DNA from: Elusimicrobiota bacterium
Lineage (GTDB): Bacteria; Elusimicrobiota; Endomicrobiia; Endomicrobiales; Endomicrobiaceae
NCBI GenBank assembly: GCA_031282945.1
Contig: JAITCX010000133.1
Location: 1-26,573 of the forward strand
Direction of reading: 5' to 3'
Length of the DNA: 26,573 bases
The notes under the pieces were generated by a model. It searched no databases, was not told the DNA's origin, and saw only the letters and a program-made list of their open reading frames with translations. Shown piece by piece: positions 1-9,063 of this stretch. The position numbers and the translations under genes were made by a program. The stretch's first letter is position 1. Every line of letters starts with the position of its first letter.

Positions 1-515
1 CTAAAAAAATAAAAATATAAGTAAAATAATTTGATAATTTAAAGGAGAATTTTTTTATAATAGATGATATGAAATTGCAGCGGAATTTTAGATTTGCCCA
101 AAAATGCAAAAAAGAAAACTGCGCTTTATGCAATAGCGATGCAAATCCTGTTATTAAGTTTATACACATAACTCTAATTTTTACCTCACCGCCAGTCATG
201 GCCGCCTCTCTTTATCTTTCCAACTCTTAAACTTTTATTGCCGATTTTTTACTATACAAACAGTAAGCCTATGCCTAAAAATATAAGAAAAAATAATACG
301 AAAAGCCCAATAAGATTAAAAATATAGTGTTTATATATTGTTAGGAATTTATTAGTTGTATGTTATTATATATTGTTTTAAAAAGGAAAGCAAGAAATGC
401 AAGCGGTTTTTGCAAAAAATAAAATGTGCGCAAAAAACTTATTTGCTATGCCAAAATAAAACTTAAATAGCGCTAAATTTATTACAATAATTGATCAGCC
501 CGCGCCCTAAAATGT

Positions 516-546
516 AAAAATCCCCAGCTTGCGCCGGGGATTTTTT
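516..546 (-). terminator. Intrinsic terminator at the end of the psuG-yjjI-yjjW-ABC operon
   Basis: Stem AAAATCCCC(AG)..(CC)GGGGATTTT with T/A tracts on both sides, 34 nt downstream of the permease stop codon at 580. Confidence 0.75.
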
Positions 547-579
547 ATAGTGATAAGCTTATTAAAGAACGGCAAATTC

Positions 580-1506
580 TCAACGTTGGCCTTTGATATA
601 AGGTTTGTCCAGCGCTTTTGGCATGCTCGCCCTTCCAACAAAAAGCGCCAAAACCACAAGGGTGAGAATATATGGAAGCATCGCCAAAACTGAAGCGGGA
701 ATAAACTGCATCCCCCCCAACATAACCACCAAAGCTTGAGCAAATCCAAAAAGCAGACATGCCCCAAATGCTCCTTGAGGAGTCCACTTTCCAAAAATTA
801 CCGCCGCCAAAGCTATAAATCCATGACCTGAAATTACTGTGGAGCTAAACATGGAAACAACCGACAAGGTCATAGCCGCGCCGCCAAGCCCCGCAAAAAA
901 ACCAGACAAAATTGAACAGGCATAACGCACTGCATAAACGTTTATGCCCAAAGTGTCGGCCGCAGCCGGATGCTCGCCGCAGGCGGTGATGCGCATGCCC
1001 CATTTAGTTTTTGCAAAGAAAAACCACAATACAATTGTTAAAACAATAGCCAAAACGACGCTTGCGTCTATGTTTAAAGCGTTTAATGCGGAATTTTGAG
1101 TTTTTATTGAAAATATAGAAAACATAGTCGGGATCTTTTTTGTAACTGCAATCGTTTGAACCCCGCCGTTAAAATATATCCTGCATAAAAATAGAGCAAG
1201 GCCCGCCCCTATAAAATTTATGGCTATGCCTGAAATAAGTTGATTGGCGCGTAAATTTATGGACGCTATAGCATGAAAAACTACTAAGCCCGCCCCGCTT
1301 AAGCCGCCCATCAAAAATCCAAGCCACGGGTTTTGGGTAAAATATCCAACCGCCGCAGCCACAAAAGCGCCAAGCGTCATCAAACCTTCAAGCCCGATAT
1401 TGTCAACGCCGGAACGCTGCGTTATCACCCCGCCGAGAGCCGTAAAAATTAACGGCGCCGAATACATAAGCGAAATATTTATCGTCAGTAAAATAGAATC
1501 TATCAT
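580..1506 (-). CDS. Nucleoside/sugar ABC transporter permease (BPD_transp_2, NupC/YufQ-like)
   Basis: 308 aa hydrophobic protein; motifs 'RSGVDNIGLEG', 'GMRITACGEHPAAADTLGINV', 'SGHGFIALAAVIFGKW', 'LPYILTL'. 4-nt ATGA overlap with the upstream permease. Confidence 0.92.
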   Translation of the reverse strand: MIDSILLTINISLMYSAPLIFTALGGVITQRSGVDNIGLEGLMTLGAFVAAAVGYFTQNPWLGFLMGGLSGAGLVVFHAIASINLRANQLISGIAINFIGAGLALFLCRIYFNGGVQTIAVTKKIPTMFSIFSIKTQNSALNALNIDASVVLAIVLTIVLWFFFAKTKWGMRITACGEHPAAADTLGINVYAVRYACSILSGFFAGLGGAAMTLSVVSMFSSTVISGHGFIALAAVIFGKWTPQGAFGACLLFGFAQALVVMLGGMQFIPASVLAMLPYILTLVVLALFVGRASMPKALDKPYIKGQR

Positions 1507-2675
1507 TTTGCCGCTCCTTTTGACGCCAACTTGTCATCTTGTTTTGCCTGCCATTCTTTTTTCATTTTCATGGCGGAAAGTTTTGTGGCAATCATTGGGA
1601 ACATTGCAACCAAAGCCACGCAAAAAACTATTGCGCCTATCATAATATTTATAATTTCGCTGGGCGCGCCCATTGAGGATTGAATAGAACCGCCGCCAAA
1701 TTTTAATCCGCTAAAAAGCCAGCCCGAAAGCAATGTGGCAAGAGGATTGTTGTTTGCAAGCAGCGCAACCGAAAGCCCGTCCCACCCAAACCCCTCAGTG
1801 ATGGACAAAACAACTATGCGGGAATTGCTGGTGCCCAAAACTTGAAACGCTCCTCCCAAAGCCGCCAAAGCTCCTGCAATAAACATTGCAAAAACGGTAT
1901 TTTTCTTAATGCTGATGCCCGCAAACTCCGCGGCGCTTGGATTTGCCCCCACAGAACGAAGCTCAAAACCTTTGGTTGTGCGCATAAGAAAAAACCATGT
2001 CGCAAAAACAAATATTAGCGTTAAAATTATTCCAATGTGAATGTCGGTGCGTAAAAAATCTCCCAAAATTGGATGGCTGTTTATAAAAGAAAGACCCTCG
2101 GGAGTTGTTTTCCATTGCGAAAAAAGCCTCATGCTTGCACTCGGCAAAATGTCATAAGATGCCTGCGTGCCGCCTTTTTGAACGCCCGGAATAGAAAGTA
2201 TTGTATTGTTTAAATAAAGAGCTATCCAGTTTAACATAATTGTTGAGACCACTTCATTTGTCCCGTATTTAACTTTCAGCCAGCCGGCAATCGCTCCAAA
2301 TACGCCGCCGAAAAAACAAGCCGCAATTAATATTACAATCGGATGAATAATAATAGGCAAATGCAAATAATATCCAAGCATTGCGGCGGTGATAGTTCCA
2401 ATAATATATTGACCCTCAGCGCCGATATTAAACAATCCGCTGCGGTAGGCAAATGCAACGCTTAAGCCCGTCATAATTATCGGCACGGCATTTATGATGA
2501 TCTGCGAAATATATTTCGGTCTGTCAAACATCCCGCCGATCATTGCGCCATAAGCTTCAAAAGGATTGTAGCCTGCAATCAACAAAACAAAAAATCCAAC
2601 CAAAAACCCTACAATCAAAGCGATGATTATTGCGGATATCGGCTTTTTTAAAATTTCAATTATTTTATCAATCAT
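1503..2675 (-). CDS. Nucleoside/sugar ABC transporter permease (NupB/YufP-like)
   Basis: 390 aa; 'GLFNIGAEGQ', 'GTNEVVSTIMLNWIA', 'GFELRSVGANPSAAEFAGI', 'GFGWDGLSVALLA'. Confidence 0.92.
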   Translation of the reverse strand: MIDKIIEILKKPISAIIIALIVGFLVGFFVLLIAGYNPFEAYGAMIGGMFDRPKYISQIIINAVPIIMTGLSVAFAYRSGLFNIGAEGQYIIGTITAAMLGYYLHLPIIIHPIVILIAACFFGGVFGAIAGWLKVKYGTNEVVSTIMLNWIALYLNNTILSIPGVQKGGTQASYDILPSASMRLFSQWKTTPEGLSFINSHPILGDFLRTDIHIGIILTLIFVFATWFFLMRTTKGFELRSVGANPSAAEFAGISIKKNTVFAMFIAGALAALGGAFQVLGTSNSRIVVLSITEGFGWDGLSVALLANNNPLATLLSGWLFSGLKFGGGSIQSSMGAPSEIINIMIGAIVFCVALVAMFPMIATKLSAMKMKKEWQAKQDDKLASKGAAK

Positions 2676-4201
2676 TTTACGCTGCCTCCTGCCATCAATA
2701 ATCCAACTTCATTTTCATTTGTTTTAGAGGGGTCTAGATCGCCCACAATTTTGCCGTCATAAATTACATTGATGCGGTCGGAAACATCCAAAATTTCGTC
2801 CAACTCAAAACTCACCAAAAGCACAGCTTTGCCTTTGTCCCTTTGCGCTATCAAAGATTTATGCACAAACTCTATTGCGCCTACATCCAAACCTCTCGTG
2901 GGCTGAACCGCCACCAATAAAACTGGATCGTTTTCTATTTCTCTAGCGATAACAACTTTCTGTTGATTGCCGCCCGAGAGAGAACGCGCCAGAGAATGTT
3001 CGCAGTCTGCAGGTCTAATGTCAAATTTGTGGATGAGGGTTTTGGCATTATCAAAAATGTTCTTAAGCTTTAATAAAAGCCTGTCTGCAAATTTTGGGGC
3101 GGCGTACTTTTCCAAAATTAAATTTTCGCATATATCAAAATCCAAAACTAAACCGTATTTATGTCTGTCTTCTGGAATTGTGGCGATGCTGTTTGCCCTA
3201 ATATTGTGAGGAGGCGTGTTTTGAACTTGTTTGCCCTTGATAAGAATTTTTCCGCCGTCAGCTTTTGTAAGACCTGTGAGCGCCTCAATGAGTTCGCTTT
3301 GGCCGTTTCCGTCAATTCCTGCAATGCCCAAAATTTCTCCGGCTCTAACATTTAGAGATAGATTTTTCACTCTGTCTATCCCACGCGAATCTTTTACCCA
3401 CAAATCGCAAATTTCAAAAACTCTTTCTTTAGGTTGAGCAGGGGTCTTAGAAATGTGCAAAGAAACATCTCTTCCTACCATCATTTTTGCAAGGCTGTAC
3501 TCGTCTACGCCTTTGTCTTTAACATCAACGGTATCAATATAATTTCCGCGTCTGATGATTGTGCAGTAATCTGCAGATTTTATAATTTCTTTTAGCTTAT
3601 GGGTAATAATTATCACAGTTTTACCGTCTTGGGTGAGTTTGTGCATGGTATCTATAAGCTCGTCAATTTCATTGGGGGTTAAAACTGCAGTGGGCTCGTC
3701 TAAAATTAACGTTTGCGCGCCGCGGTAAAGACTTTTTAAAATTTCAACTTTTTGCTGAGTGGAAACGGACACATCGCATATTTTTGCATCGCCGTCCACT
3801 ATCATTCCATATTTTTCGCCAAGCTCTTTAATTTTTTCTTTTACAACTGCAGTGTCTATCACATCAAAAGCTTTGACGCTTTCCTTGCCCAACATTATAT
3901 TTTGAGCAATTGTAAAATTTTCCACCAACATAAAATGCTGATGAACCATCCCTATTCCATATTTTATCGCCACATTTGGATTTTTTATATATGCCAATTT
4001 TCCGTCTAAATAAATCTCGCCTTCGTCGGCCTCGTAGAGACCGTAGAGGATATTCATCAATGTGGATTTGCCCGCGCCGTTTTCACCTAAAAGAGCATGA
4101 ATAGTTTTTTTGCGGACATTCAAATTTACGCCATTTAAAGCCTTAAATGTTCCAAAAAATTTTGAAATGCTTTTCATACTTACAGCATAATTTTCGTCCA
4201 C
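2672..4201 (-). CDS. Nucleoside/sugar ABC transporter ATP-binding protein with tandem NBDs (NupA/YufO-like)
   Basis: Walker A GENGAGKST, 'ILDEPT', degenerate second Walker A GIDGNGQSEL, signature LSGGNQQK. Start placed at GTG 4201 because GGAGG lies 5 nt upstream; the ORF track starts at 4219. Confidence 0.92.
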   Translation of the reverse strand: MDENYAVSMKSISKFFGTFKALNGVNLNVRKKTIHALLGENGAGKSTLMNILYGLYEADEGEIYLDGKLAYIKNPNVAIKYGIGMVHQHFMLVENFTIAQNIMLGKESVKAFDVIDTAVVKEKIKELGEKYGMIVDGDAKICDVSVSTQQKVEILKSLYRGAQTLILDEPTAVLTPNEIDELIDTMHKLTQDGKTVIIITHKLKEIIKSADYCTIIRRGNYIDTVDVKDKGVDEYSLAKMMVGRDVSLHISKTPAQPKERVFEICDLWVKDSRGIDRVKNLSLNVRAGEILGIAGIDGNGQSELIEALTGLTKADGGKILIKGKQVQNTPPHNIRANSIATIPEDRHKYGLVLDFDICENLILEKYAAPKFADRLLLKLKNIFDNAKTLIHKFDIRPADCEHSLARSLSGGNQQKVVIAREIENDPVLLVAVQPTRGLDVGAIEFVHKSLIAQRDKGKAVLLVSFELDEILDVSDRINVIYDGKIVGDLDPSKTNENEVGLLMAGGSVK

Positions 4202-4227
4202 TGCGACCTCCCTTCTCATATGCGCTT

Positions 4228-4264
4228 AAAAAAACCGCAAGACGTTTTACGGTCTTGCGGTTTT
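4228..4264 (-). terminator. Intra-operon terminator/attenuator between the BMP lipoprotein and the ABC ATPase
   Basis: Perfect 13-bp stem AAAACCGCAAGAC (4231-4243) / GTCTTGCGGTTTT (4252-4264); ends in a T7 run on the minus strand. Confidence 0.75.
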
Positions 4265-4271
4265 AGCTAAA

Positions 4272-5306
4272 TTACAAACCTTTTATAAACTGCTGATACT
4301 GCGCATCAGTTATTGGAACAATAATTTGTCCATTTATAATTTTGTTTTCAATATCTTTTGTCTTTTGCAAAATGTCGGCTGGAACAAGTTTGCCGCTGGT
4401 TGGCGCAATGCCTACTCCGCCGTCTGAAAGACCCATTTCTACAGTGGTTCCGCCGAGCTTCTCGCCCGCCATAACGCGTTTTGTTACATCGTAAACGCCG
4501 ATATCAACATTTTTCAATGCGCTGGTTATAACATTATCAGGCGCCATATAATTCTGATCTAAGTCAACGCCGATAACCCACAAATTGCGCTCTTTTGCAG
4601 CTTCAATAACTCCTTGTCCAACGCCGCCTGCGGCATGGAAAATTACGTCAGCGCCGCTTGTATACATTTTCAAAGCGGCCGCTTTGCCTTTTGCCGCATC
4701 AGTAAAGGATTCCATAATTTGATAATCCACTTGAATTTTCTTTCCCATTTCTTTTGCGGCATACTGCACGCCTGCAAAATACCCATATTTAAATCTATTC
4801 ATCACTGGACTTTCCATTCCAATAATAAAGCCTACATGATTTGTTTTGGTCATATAAGCCGCAATGTAGCCGACTTCAAAAGAAGATTGTTCCGCTTTAA
4901 AAGTTACGCCGATCACATTTGGAACTGTTCCGTCTGGATATGTGTCGTCAACCAAAGCGAACAATTGATCTGGATTTGCCTGCGCGATTTGTTGGAGAGG
5001 ATCTTTCATCATAAATCCAATTGCCCAAATTATGTCTGCGCCTGCGTCAATTGACTTCTCCAAATTTGGAGCATAGTCGCTGCCTCTATGAGACTCAAGG
5101 AAACTAACCGTTACGCCCTCAGACTTAAGTTTTTCCATTCCCCCCCAAGCTGATTGGTTGAAAGATTGATCGTTTATTCCTCCAACATCCGTTACCATTG
5201 CAGCTTTAAACGCTCCATTGGCTGATTGGTCTTTTTTACCGCCGCAGCCGACAACCAAAACCGCTGCAACTGATAAAACTGCAACCAAAGACAAAAGTCT
5301 TTTCAT
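4272..5306 (-). CDS. BMP-family (PnrA/TmpC-like) nucleoside-binding lipoprotein
   Basis: 344 aa; lipobox 'LVVG-C'; motifs 'DVGGINDQSFNQSAWGG', 'FKAEQSSFEVGYIAA', 'DVIFHAAGGVGQGVIEAAKE', 'IGVDLDQ'; AAGGAG RBS. Confidence 0.92.
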   Translation of the reverse strand: MKRLLSLVAVLSVAAVLVVGCGGKKDQSANGAFKAAMVTDVGGINDQSFNQSAWGGMEKLKSEGVTVSFLESHRGSDYAPNLEKSIDAGADIIWAIGFMMKDPLQQIAQANPDQLFALVDDTYPDGTVPNVIGVTFKAEQSSFEVGYIAAYMTKTNHVGFIIGMESPVMNRFKYGYFAGVQYAAKEMGKKIQVDYQIMESFTDAAKGKAAALKMYTSGADVIFHAAGGVGQGVIEAAKERNLWVIGVDLDQNYMAPDNVITSALKNVDIGVYDVTKRVMAGEKLGGTTVEMGLSDGGVGIAPTSGKLVPADILQKTKDIENKIINGQIIVPITDAQYQQFIKGL

Positions 5307-5344
5307 AGTACTCTCCTTTTTTTTATTTTGCGCCCAAGGCGCAT

Positions 5345-6184
5345 TTATACAACTTTAACTTCATAAAAAAAATCTCGGCAATAATCAAATAATTTTTGCA
5401 TTTCCTCGGGGCTGGTATTTGGCGAGCGTGCAAAATCTCCTCTGACGCCGAAATTTCTAAAAGCTATAAGTTTTAGGCGCGCTTGCAAACTTTTTTTGCC
5501 TAAAAATTCTCTCAAGGCGTCCACAACATTTTTAGGCTGCATCATTGGAAAACAGACTATTCTAATTTCATATAATTTTTTTGCATCAAGCAAAAACAAA
5601 ATATTTTTTTTGACTGTATCATTATCTAAACTACTGCCGCGCGTTACGGTATGATAAGTATCATTATCCCATGATTTTAGATCTATCATGACGCCGTCTG
5701 TAAGAGAAAGCAGATCGGGATAGAGCGAAAAGTCGATGGTTCCGTTGGTGTCTATGAAACTGGAAAGGTTGGATTTTTTTGAAAGGCAAAAGAGGTCTGT
5801 TAAAAAAAAGGGGGCGAGCATACACTCGCCCCCTGATACAGTAATTCCGCTTATAAAGGGTAGATTATTTTGAATTTGGTCAAAAACTGCCATAGCCGGC
5901 ATTTTTGCAACTCTTGGAGAAGAAAAGTTTGGACAAATTTTTATGCAGGCATCGCATTCGCTACAAATTTCCTTTTTCCACAACACTTTTCCATTCTCCT
6001 TATGCAAAGCATTATTGGGACAGATTTTAACACATTTTGCGCAATTATTGCAAACTCTTTGCGTTTCTGGATTATGGCAGTAAATACAAGCCAAGTTGCA
6101 GCCTTGTAAAAAAACAACGCTTCTTGCGCCCGGTCCGTCCACAACGCTAAGAGGAATTATTTTGTTTACAATTGCCTCAATCAT
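5345..6184 (-). CDS. yjjW: YjjW-family glycyl-radical enzyme activating enzyme (radical SAM)
   Basis: 279 aa; 'SVVDGPGARSVVFLQGCNLACIYCHNPET' (CxxxCxxC); two ferredoxin-type motifs CNNCAKCVKICP and CSECDACIKICP; 'GITVSGGEC'; ATGA overlap with yjjI. Confidence 0.88.
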   Translation of the reverse strand: MIEAIVNKIIPLSVVDGPGARSVVFLQGCNLACIYCHNPETQRVCNNCAKCVKICPNNALHKENGKVLWKKEICSECDACIKICPNFSSPRVAKMPAMAVFDQIQNNLPFISGITVSGGECMLAPFFLTDLFCLSKKSNLSSFIDTNGTIDFSLYPDLLSLTDGVMIDLKSWDNDTYHTVTRGSSLDNDTVKKNILFLLDAKKLYEIRIVCFPMMQPKNVVDALREFLGKKSLQARLKLIAFRNFGVRGDFARSPNTSPEEMQKLFDYCRDFFYEVKVV

Positions 6185-7686
6185 ATCAACCTAACCTTCC
6201 TTTCAGCCAGTTTTGAAGCTTTATAATTGGGCGCTCCAAGCGCAACTGTGTCTTGCAAATTTGTTTCGCCCTTAAAGTATTTTTCCATTTCGCTTCTTTT
6301 TACAAGATAGCCCGTTATCCGCACAATATCGGCATCCTGCTCGTAAAAACTCATATACTGAACTCCCAAATTGAAAGCGCCTTTTACAATATCAACTAAA
6401 GCTTGAGAATTATTTTTTGCCGTTTGAGCTATTGGAAAAATATCGCCGACTCCCGCTGGAAAATAATGATGAAATTTTGCGCTGTGGCGTAAATGATCCA
6501 TAAAATTTTCAGGTTCATCGCCCACCGGAATTCTCACCCCTGAGGTTATGCCGATATCTGTGTCCAAACCAACTTGCGCATGCAAAACAAATTTGCCGCC
6601 TGTCAGAGGACTATAGAGCGCATCAAAACCAGCGACAATACTTGTAATTTTGTCCATAATTTTAATGCCCAGCTCGTCAGCTTGAGGCGAATTTCCGTAT
6701 TTTATATTTTTATCTCTCAGCAAAAAATTTACAGCTTCGGCAAGACCCGTCACGCCGAACATTCCAAGAAATCTATCCTTAGAAATAAAATTTTCGGCCG
6801 CCAAAAAACTGCTTTCAAAAAAGTTGGATTTCTCAACAATAAATTTAATGCGCTCGTTCATGTAATCTGCAATTAATTTCAAGCATTCCGGCAAAAGCTC
6901 GTTAAAGAAATGATCCATAGATTTAGCTTCTTTGGCAAGCTCGGTGAGCGTAATTCGGGTGAGCGTATAAGCCCCGCCTGAGAGCGGCAAAATATTGTAG
7001 CAGCTGCAAATGCCGTAATCAGCGCCGAAAGGTTTTTGATTTGCAATGTGGTTTGCAATTGCAGGGTTGGAACACATTAAAGACGTTTCTATAGCATATT
7101 TTAGAAAAGCCTCGTCTGTATTTTTCAGGTCGTATTTTATTGTGAGATTTGGCACGCAGTTTTTTAACTCGCGCTGCGTTTCCAAAATTAAATAGCCAAT
7201 TCTAGTGGCCTTGGGGCCGATATTTGCATGGCAAAAAGAATCGGTGATTGTTCTGTCCAAATAAGTTAAAAACAATTTTAGTTTGTAGCGGATCTCATCG
7301 TCTGTAAGGCCGTCAACGTATGGACTAAGCAGCTCGTCTAATTGACCGACATAGACGGGAAAACTTGTGATGGACGGCGTATGTCTATAAATTATTGCAA
7401 GATTTGTAAGCGCTTGATCTAAATTTTTTGCAGGACCAAGTCTTAAAAATTTGCTGCCCTCTTTTAAAAATTTTCCAAAATCAGCTTGAATGTAGCGCGG
7501 GCGGTACGGCGCATGCCCCTCCGCTAAATCGTTTATTGCGCCCGTTTCAAAATAATGTTTTGTCCTCGGGGGAATGTTTAAAACATCAATAGAGTTTTCG
7601 GCAAGTTTAGCAAGCGTTATAAGCTTTTGCTCGTAGGTAAGTTTTTTGGATGTGATAGTGTCATAAATTAGGTCATTAGCGTTCAT
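6181..7686 (-). CDS. yjjI: YjjI-family glycyl radical enzyme (DUF3029)
   Basis: 501 aa; 'EGHAPYRPRYI', 'HTPSITSFPVYVGQLD', 'FCHANIGP', 'CSCYNILPLSGG', C-terminal glycyl loop 'IVRITGYLVK'; GAGGAGG RBS. Confidence 0.88.
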   Translation of the reverse strand: MNANDLIYDTITSKKLTYEQKLITLAKLAENSIDVLNIPPRTKHYFETGAINDLAEGHAPYRPRYIQADFGKFLKEGSKFLRLGPAKNLDQALTNLAIIYRHTPSITSFPVYVGQLDELLSPYVDGLTDDEIRYKLKLFLTYLDRTITDSFCHANIGPKATRIGYLILETQRELKNCVPNLTIKYDLKNTDEAFLKYAIETSLMCSNPAIANHIANQKPFGADYGICSCYNILPLSGGAYTLTRITLTELAKEAKSMDHFFNELLPECLKLIADYMNERIKFIVEKSNFFESSFLAAENFISKDRFLGMFGVTGLAEAVNFLLRDKNIKYGNSPQADELGIKIMDKITSIVAGFDALYSPLTGGKFVLHAQVGLDTDIGITSGVRIPVGDEPENFMDHLRHSAKFHHYFPAGVGDIFPIAQTAKNNSQALVDIVKGAFNLGVQYMSFYEQDADIVRITGYLVKRSEMEKYFKGETNLQDTVALGAPNYKASKLAERKVRLI

Positions 7687-7750
7687 TGGATGCCTCCTCT
7701 AAATAAGCCCTCTCCAACATGTTTTCTCAGGTTGGATCTTCTAATTAAAA

Positions 7751-8686
7751 CTACTTTATATTTACAAATCCAACCGCTATTTTTGCGGCAAGATCTGCAT
7801 TGCTGTAGGCAAGCTGCATATTTGTTTCAAGCGATTTGCCGGCGGTGATATCTTTAATTTTGGAAAGTAAAAACGGCGTAACTTCTTTTCCCTTTATGCC
7901 TTTTTCTTGCGCTTCCTTGACAGCATTTTCTATCGCATCTGAAATTATTTTTTCATCCATTGCATATTCTTTTGGGACGGGATTGGCAACGACAATTCCA
8001 TTTTTAACGCCCATCAATTCATTGAAACGCATGGCCTGCGCTACAAATGTAGGATCGGGCACGGTGTGGTCTAAAGCGTAGCCGCTTGAGCGGGTAAAAA
8101 ATGCGGGAAAATCTTTTGTGTCGCCGATGCCGACAACGGGAACGCCTTTAGTTTCCAAAAATTCCAAAGTGAGTTTTATGTCTAAAATAGATTTGGCGCC
8201 CGAACATACAACGGTGACGGGAGTTCTGGAAAGCTCCTCTAAATCTGAAGAGATATCCATAGTTGTTTGCGCGCCGCGATGCACGCCGCCGATGCCGCCT
8301 GTGGCAAAAACATTGATGCCGCAGAGATTGGCAATACGCATTGTTGCAGACACCGTTGTGCCGCCCAGTTTGCGCCGCGCTAAGACCAGCGGAATATCTT
8401 TAGCGGCAACCTTTATAACATCTTTAGCTTTGGCCAAATCGTCCAGTTCCTGCTCAGTCATTCCAATTTTTATTTTGCCGTCAACCAAAGCGATGAGAGC
8501 GGCGGCGGCTCCCTGCGATTCTATGATGCTTTGCATTTTCAAAGCTGTTTGTTTATTTTCAGGATAAGGCATTCCATGCGTGATAATTGTGGATTCCAGC
8601 GCCACTACAGGAAGCCCATTTTTTATTGCTTGCTGAACTGATTTGCTGATGTCTACAAAATACAAATTAGGATCTTTAAGTGTCAT
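7751..8686 (-). CDS. psuG: Pseudouridine-5'-phosphate glycosidase (PsuG/IndA family)
   Basis: 311 aa; 'PVVALESTIITHGMPYP', 'ATGGIGGVHRG', 'DISSDL', 'CSGAKSILD', 'GKEVTPFLL'; AAGGAG RBS. Confidence 0.93.
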   Translation of the reverse strand: MTLKDPNLYFVDISKSVQQAIKNGLPVVALESTIITHGMPYPENKQTALKMQSIIESQGAAAALIALVDGKIKIGMTEQELDDLAKAKDVIKVAAKDIPLVLARRKLGGTTVSATMRIANLCGINVFATGGIGGVHRGAQTTMDISSDLEELSRTPVTVVCSGAKSILDIKLTLEFLETKGVPVVGIGDTKDFPAFFTRSSGYALDHTVPDPTFVAQAMRFNELMGVKNGIVVANPVPKEYAMDEKIISDAIENAVKEAQEKGIKGKEVTPFLLSKIKDITAGKSLETNMQLAYSNADLAAKIAVGFVNIK

Positions 8687-8790
8687 GATTTTTGTCTCCT
8701 TTAAGGCGCTAAAATGCGCTCAACTCTAAATATTAGGATTATGGGCTTGGCCATAATTTGCAATTTATTTTGCGGGGTGGATATCAATAG

Positions 8791-8819
8791 AATTTACAAA
8801 ATTGTGAAATATATGACAA
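8791..8819 (-). promoter_or_regulatory. Candidate sigma70 promoter of the psuG operon, overlapped by a CRP-family-like site
   Basis: Minus strand TTGTCA (8819-8814), N17, TAAATT (8796-8791); TGTGA-N6-TGACA at 8803-8818. Confidence 0.45.
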
Positions 8820-8857
8820 CTGATTTTTTTCTTTTGTAAAAAAGAATAATGGAATTA

Positions 8858-9063
8858 TTTCTCTTTTGGCAAAAGAGAAACAGAAAAGTAAAGGCAAAGC
8901 ATTTTTCTCTTTTTGAAAAAAGAGAAACAGAAAAACTAACGGCGCTTAAACGTTTATTCTCTCTTTGAAAAAGAGAGACAGAAATTTCTTTTGCCAAAGG
9001 AAACAAAAACTTCTAACGACACTTGCAACTGGCTTCTCTTTTCTGCAAAAGAGAGACAGAAAA
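8858..9063. repeat. Array of five degenerate palindromic units, consensus TCTCTTTT-n(2-4)-AAAAGAGA(A/G)ACAGAAA
   Basis: Units start at about 8858, 8904, 8958, 8985 and 9035; a weaker unit lies at about 8829-8846. Confidence 0.8.

Noticed and set aside
69-230. 53-aa Cys-containing plus-strand ORF (MKLQRNFRFAQKCKKENCALC...)
   Set aside because: The AAAGGAG at 41-47 is too far from the ATG and there is no recognisable family; likely chance.
507-794. Minus-strand ORFs 507-794 and 545-787
   Set aside because: Alternative frames overlapping the permease 3' end and terminator; no RBS or motif.
4614-5054. Antisense shadow ORFs (also 8118-8567, 12463-12831, 16417-16779, 21089-21349, 25049-25381, 26350-26568 and others)
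   Set aside because: They lie opposite well-supported genes and show no domain motifs.
8858-9063. CRISPR interpretation of the palindrome array
   Set aside because: Units are too degenerate, spacing is irregular (about 46, 54, 27, 50 nt), spacers share motifs, and no cas genes are in the window.
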